Assembly (NCBI RefSeq): GCF_964355755.1 | Contig: NC_092676.1 | Location: 18,990,871-19,054,870 of the forward strand | Source: Antedon mediterranea | Lineage: Eukaryota; Animalia; Echinodermata | Reading direction: 5' to 3' | Length of the DNA: 64,000 nucleotides | Shown: positions 60,022 through 64,000 of the stretch, piece after piece | Layout: each line of letters starts with the position of its first letter | How positions within the stretch are numbered: the first letter of the stretch is position 1 | Translations under genes and position numbers: made by a program | The notes under the pieces: generated by a model | The model's input: only the letters and a program-made list of their open reading frames with translations | What the model was told of the DNA's origin: nothing | The model's database searches: none

Positions 60022-62304
60022 GTTGGTTGCATTTCTATATAATTATAATTCATCCTTTTTACCATAGTAATGCACTTCATATAGTAGATAATTAAATCAA
60101 ATAATAATTTACTATAAAAACAATTTATGATTGATAAATTTACTAATTTAAAGATGTTTGTCTGTCCCCCAAAAACATGAACAATTAAGGAAATCAGACT
60201 TTTAATAGATTATTTTGTAGTTTTAATAAAGTTAATCACAAAAAAATGTTTTCACTTATAAAATAACATAATAAATAGCCCATTTTGTGCTTCAACTTGA
60301 CAGTTTTTTCAGGTAACTTAATTTTGTTTAGGATCCAATTTTTGGTCAAAGTGGGTAACTATGTGACATTAAAAGGGCATTTTCAGGAAAAATTGTAATT
60401 ATTTTTCTGGGGAACAATACATATTTAAGTCATATTTATACTTTATAGAAAACAAATTATAAAATAGTATATACTATGATCTTCAAACAATAATTTATAT
60501 AATCTAAAAATAAAAAGTTTTTTTATATATTTTTATTACTTGCTGATTCAACATTTGAAATAGAGCTTGCAAAATTGGCAATATCTGTATTTTATTAATC
60601 AAATGATATCCTGTTTAATTATATAAGGAAAAAAAGGGTTGGTTGGTATAAATTTATATTTTGAATGTCCTATTGTTGGCCTAAACCCAACAATATAATT
60701 ATTTTAGTATCCAAAAAATCAAAGCATGTGAGCTTCAGTTTATTTGGCATATCTCTTTATTGTCAAAATGTAAAATAATAATAATTACATTGCTCAACTT
60801 ATTTGACAAAAAGACCATATAGAAAGCTTTCGCTTGTCTGGATTTGGCCTTATAAATGAAATATAAAGTAATTATTTAACAGACGCTATATAAATGAATA
60901 TAGCATATAAATAAATTCAAATATTAATAATTAAAACACATAAAATAAACAATATATAAAATCAGATGATGCAATAGAAATGATGAATAGTAAAAATAAC
61001 CTAAGAACAATATTTAAATAGTAAATAATGAATGGTCAAGATGACATGTGTTTCCTTTGAATAATATAGCCAATGGTCAATTCAGAGAATGGTCAATTTA
61101 TCTATCTATGTGAACACATTGCAACAGCCTATGTCTAGTCTTAAAATTTTTGGGGCAGAATGCCATAGACAATTTGATACTTCTCAATGTATTATTATAT
61201 GTTCGTTTTGTATATCGCTCATAATATTTTAAAATCATAATTTAAATTGACTGTTGTTCTAAGTGAATAAAGGTGTTTGTGGGGTGGGGTGTATGATAAG
61301 GTAATTTTGTTGTCAATTTCTATACGCCTACTACGTTATTGTCAAGTGCAGTCATCTTTATAGATATTGGACCTGAGGCTGTCCCATGGGTTTCAGAACA
61401 CACTTACAGATTTGAAAAAAAAATGAAATGGTTGGTTTTGCATTTTCTGTGGTTAAAAAAGACTGAAAATGAAGGAAATATATATCATAAAACTGATTTT
61501 GACACATCAACAAAAAACATTATAACTAACTCTATATCTTTGGAATGACTAATGATATACTATTATTATGAATTTGTTTGTGTATTTTGACCATAGGCCT
61601 ACTTTACCTAGTAAAACACCTCATTGGACCTTTCAGAGGACACAAATTTGTTCTTAAAATGAATGAGGGACTATACATTTTTTAACATCATAGCCAACCC
61701 TATTTAGGAGACACCTCTAAAGGGACACTTTGTAGAGCCCAAAGGTGTCCCTCTCCCCTATAAGGGCTATACTATTTACCATTTATCAAATAAAATGTTA
61801 AACCTATTGTACTTGCTTTTAGCGCTATACAATTGTATATTTCTCAATGTTCACATTAATGAATACCATAGTAGTATTTGAATTGAAAGCAACAGGAAGC
61901 TATATGTAACAGGATTGCTCTCACTGGGATATCAGAATGTTACATTTTAATGAAATTAAGCATAGAAAGTTGACAAAATGTCACAAAATGTTGGACTTTT
62001 AGGTGGCTTGTCTTGTTATATTAAATTTACAGATTAATATGACATTGGGTTGTTTTAAAAAAGAAGAAATAAATTGTGATATGTCTGCTAATGTACCTAT
62101 TGAACATTTGAATGGTTATAATGTCATTTAAATTTAATTCAATTAGGCTGCTTTAATGTAGTTTAATCTGTATCATTGTGTAGGTGTTTCATACGTTCTT
62201 TTGCGTGTAGTATAGTTTTATTATACTCGACAAAACGCCAGTATTTTACTTATTGTTGGTTTTGATTTTTTAAGTTATACTTTTTTTTTATCTCATGTTG
62301 GCAA

Positions 62305-64000
62305 AAGACTGTGCATATAGTCCATGGGATTTAGCTAAAAAATGACCCTTTTCTCACACAAATTGCAAGAAAAGGTTTTTTTGATGAAATGTGTTCTTTA
62401 GACCCTACTGAACATATCTATCAACGTTAGGACATTTTTCGACAACGGGAAGTAGCCTAATTTGCATAATTAAAAATGGCCGCCATTTTTGATAACGTAC
62501 TCTGTATCTTGAAAACCGCTAGTCACAGATACTTAATTATGGTGTCAAAATCGTTAGAATATATGTTTTTATATTTACTTTATTGAAAAAGTTTGTCCAA
62601 AAATGAATGGAAGTGCTATTTCTAACATTATTGACCTTTGACCTTGAATTCTCATATCTCAGCAACCACTAATCGGAGATATACAAATTAGGGCTTAAAT
62701 TGTTCAGAAACTACACATTTATATCCAGTCTAATGGCATGTTTTTGCAAAAAATGGCGGATTCTAACATTATTGACCTTTGACCTTGATTTATCATATCT
62801 TAGCAACCACTAATCTGAGAGACACACAATATGGCTCAAACTGTTCAAAAACTACATATTTATATTTAGTCTAATGGCATGTTTTTGCAAAAAATGGCCG
62901 ATTCTAACATTATTGACCTTTGAACTTTGCACTACATAAAATCGCATAACTTTGAAAATATTGTACATATGAAATTATTTTTAGTGTCAAATTATTCAGA
63001 ACATACATGTTTCTATAGAGTCCAATGACACATTATGTCCAATAATGGCCTATTGTATGGTTATTAACATTTGAACTATATTTGAAAAGCCTTTAAACCC
63101 GGAATCTTCTTCATGTGGACATCCATTAGAACATGTGATTTGGCACTCTAAAATGTAAGAGTTGCAATGTTGACTTATTATGTTTAGTTTAAAGTAGGCC
63201 ATGGTACACTAAATTTATAAGCATAAACTATTGCATTCATCCATAAACTGCCTACAAGTTTACACGTTTGTTTATTTTATTTCTTATCGTTTTCGCAGCT
63301 GAAGCTGAATTACAATATATTTATATTAAAAGCATTAAAATTGATGGTTAAAAAATGGTAAAAATTAAACCACATAGAAACATGGTACATACACAATACA
63401 TTCACGTAAAAAAAGTACAAAAACAAGTAATAAAAGGTTAAAAACTATACACGACTAGTAGTCGTACTGTATATGGTTATTGAAATAAATAAATAAATTC
63501 CATAAGAAACTGAGGTTTTTACTGTATACGGCGAAAATATTGCAAGTGGTGGTCAGCCTAATTATGAGTCTCGATAGCCAATTAATTAAACTAAACTAAA
63601 TATGTTGCATTAATATCGATCTTTTAAAATTCCAGTTGTCAACAATGCGTCTATTAGTAGAAAATGCCTTCTTAATAAGACTATGTTTCAACCTAAAAGA
63701 ATGCCCTCAAGAGTGATGCTATCCTTAGCAAAATATAAACTAAATAATCTTTAGAAATTTGTTTTTTTAATATGCCATTTAATGGCAATTTAATTTGATC
63801 AAAATATAAATTACTAACTTGAAAAAAACGTTAATAAACCTGCAAAATGGCATGGCCTATTTAAAGTATGTACAATGTAACAATATATCATAAAAAAATC
63901 ATTGGACTCTATAGAAACATGTATGTTCTGAATAATTTGAAACTAAAAATAATTTCATATATACAATATTTTCAAAGTTATGCGATTTTATGTAGTGCAA
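62305..64000. mobile_element. Long-inverted-repeat (foldback-like) DNA element, running past the right edge
   Basis: 62927-63029 is the near reverse complement of 63899-64000. Internal tandem units of about 141 bp start at about 62620, 62761 and 62902 (TTCTAACATTATTGACCTTTGA). Left boundary approximate. Confidence 0.7.

Overview
AT-rich, intron-rich animal genomic DNA. An invertebrate deuterostome such as an echinoderm is likely, but that is inference. Genes from left to right: the 5' exons of ZNF143/Staf (-), tRNA-Asp(GTC) (+), a complete 6-exon orphan gene with an N-myristoylation-type N-terminus (-), a 24-exon importin-7 (+), a ZnT1/SLC30A1-like zinc exporter (-), an intronless divergent cyclin-fold ORF (+), an intronless sulfotransferase-like ORF (-), and the 5' part of a meiotic HORMAD gene that appears to continue into a PHD finger (+). 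Introns contain many MITEs, SINEs and Helentron-type non-autonomous elements (HINEs), a 27-bp array amplified from a transposon end, and an intact Mag-type Gypsy element with identical LTRs. The main finding is a nested HINE pair inside the first coding exon of the otherwise intact ZnT gene. Its own ends supply GT...AG, and splicing them restores the frame with one extra codon, which makes it a candidate Helentron-derived introner. The second finding is that the divergent cyclin ORF lies between sequences resembling decayed Helentron termini, so it may be transposon cargo. All coordinates were read by hand and no searches were run.
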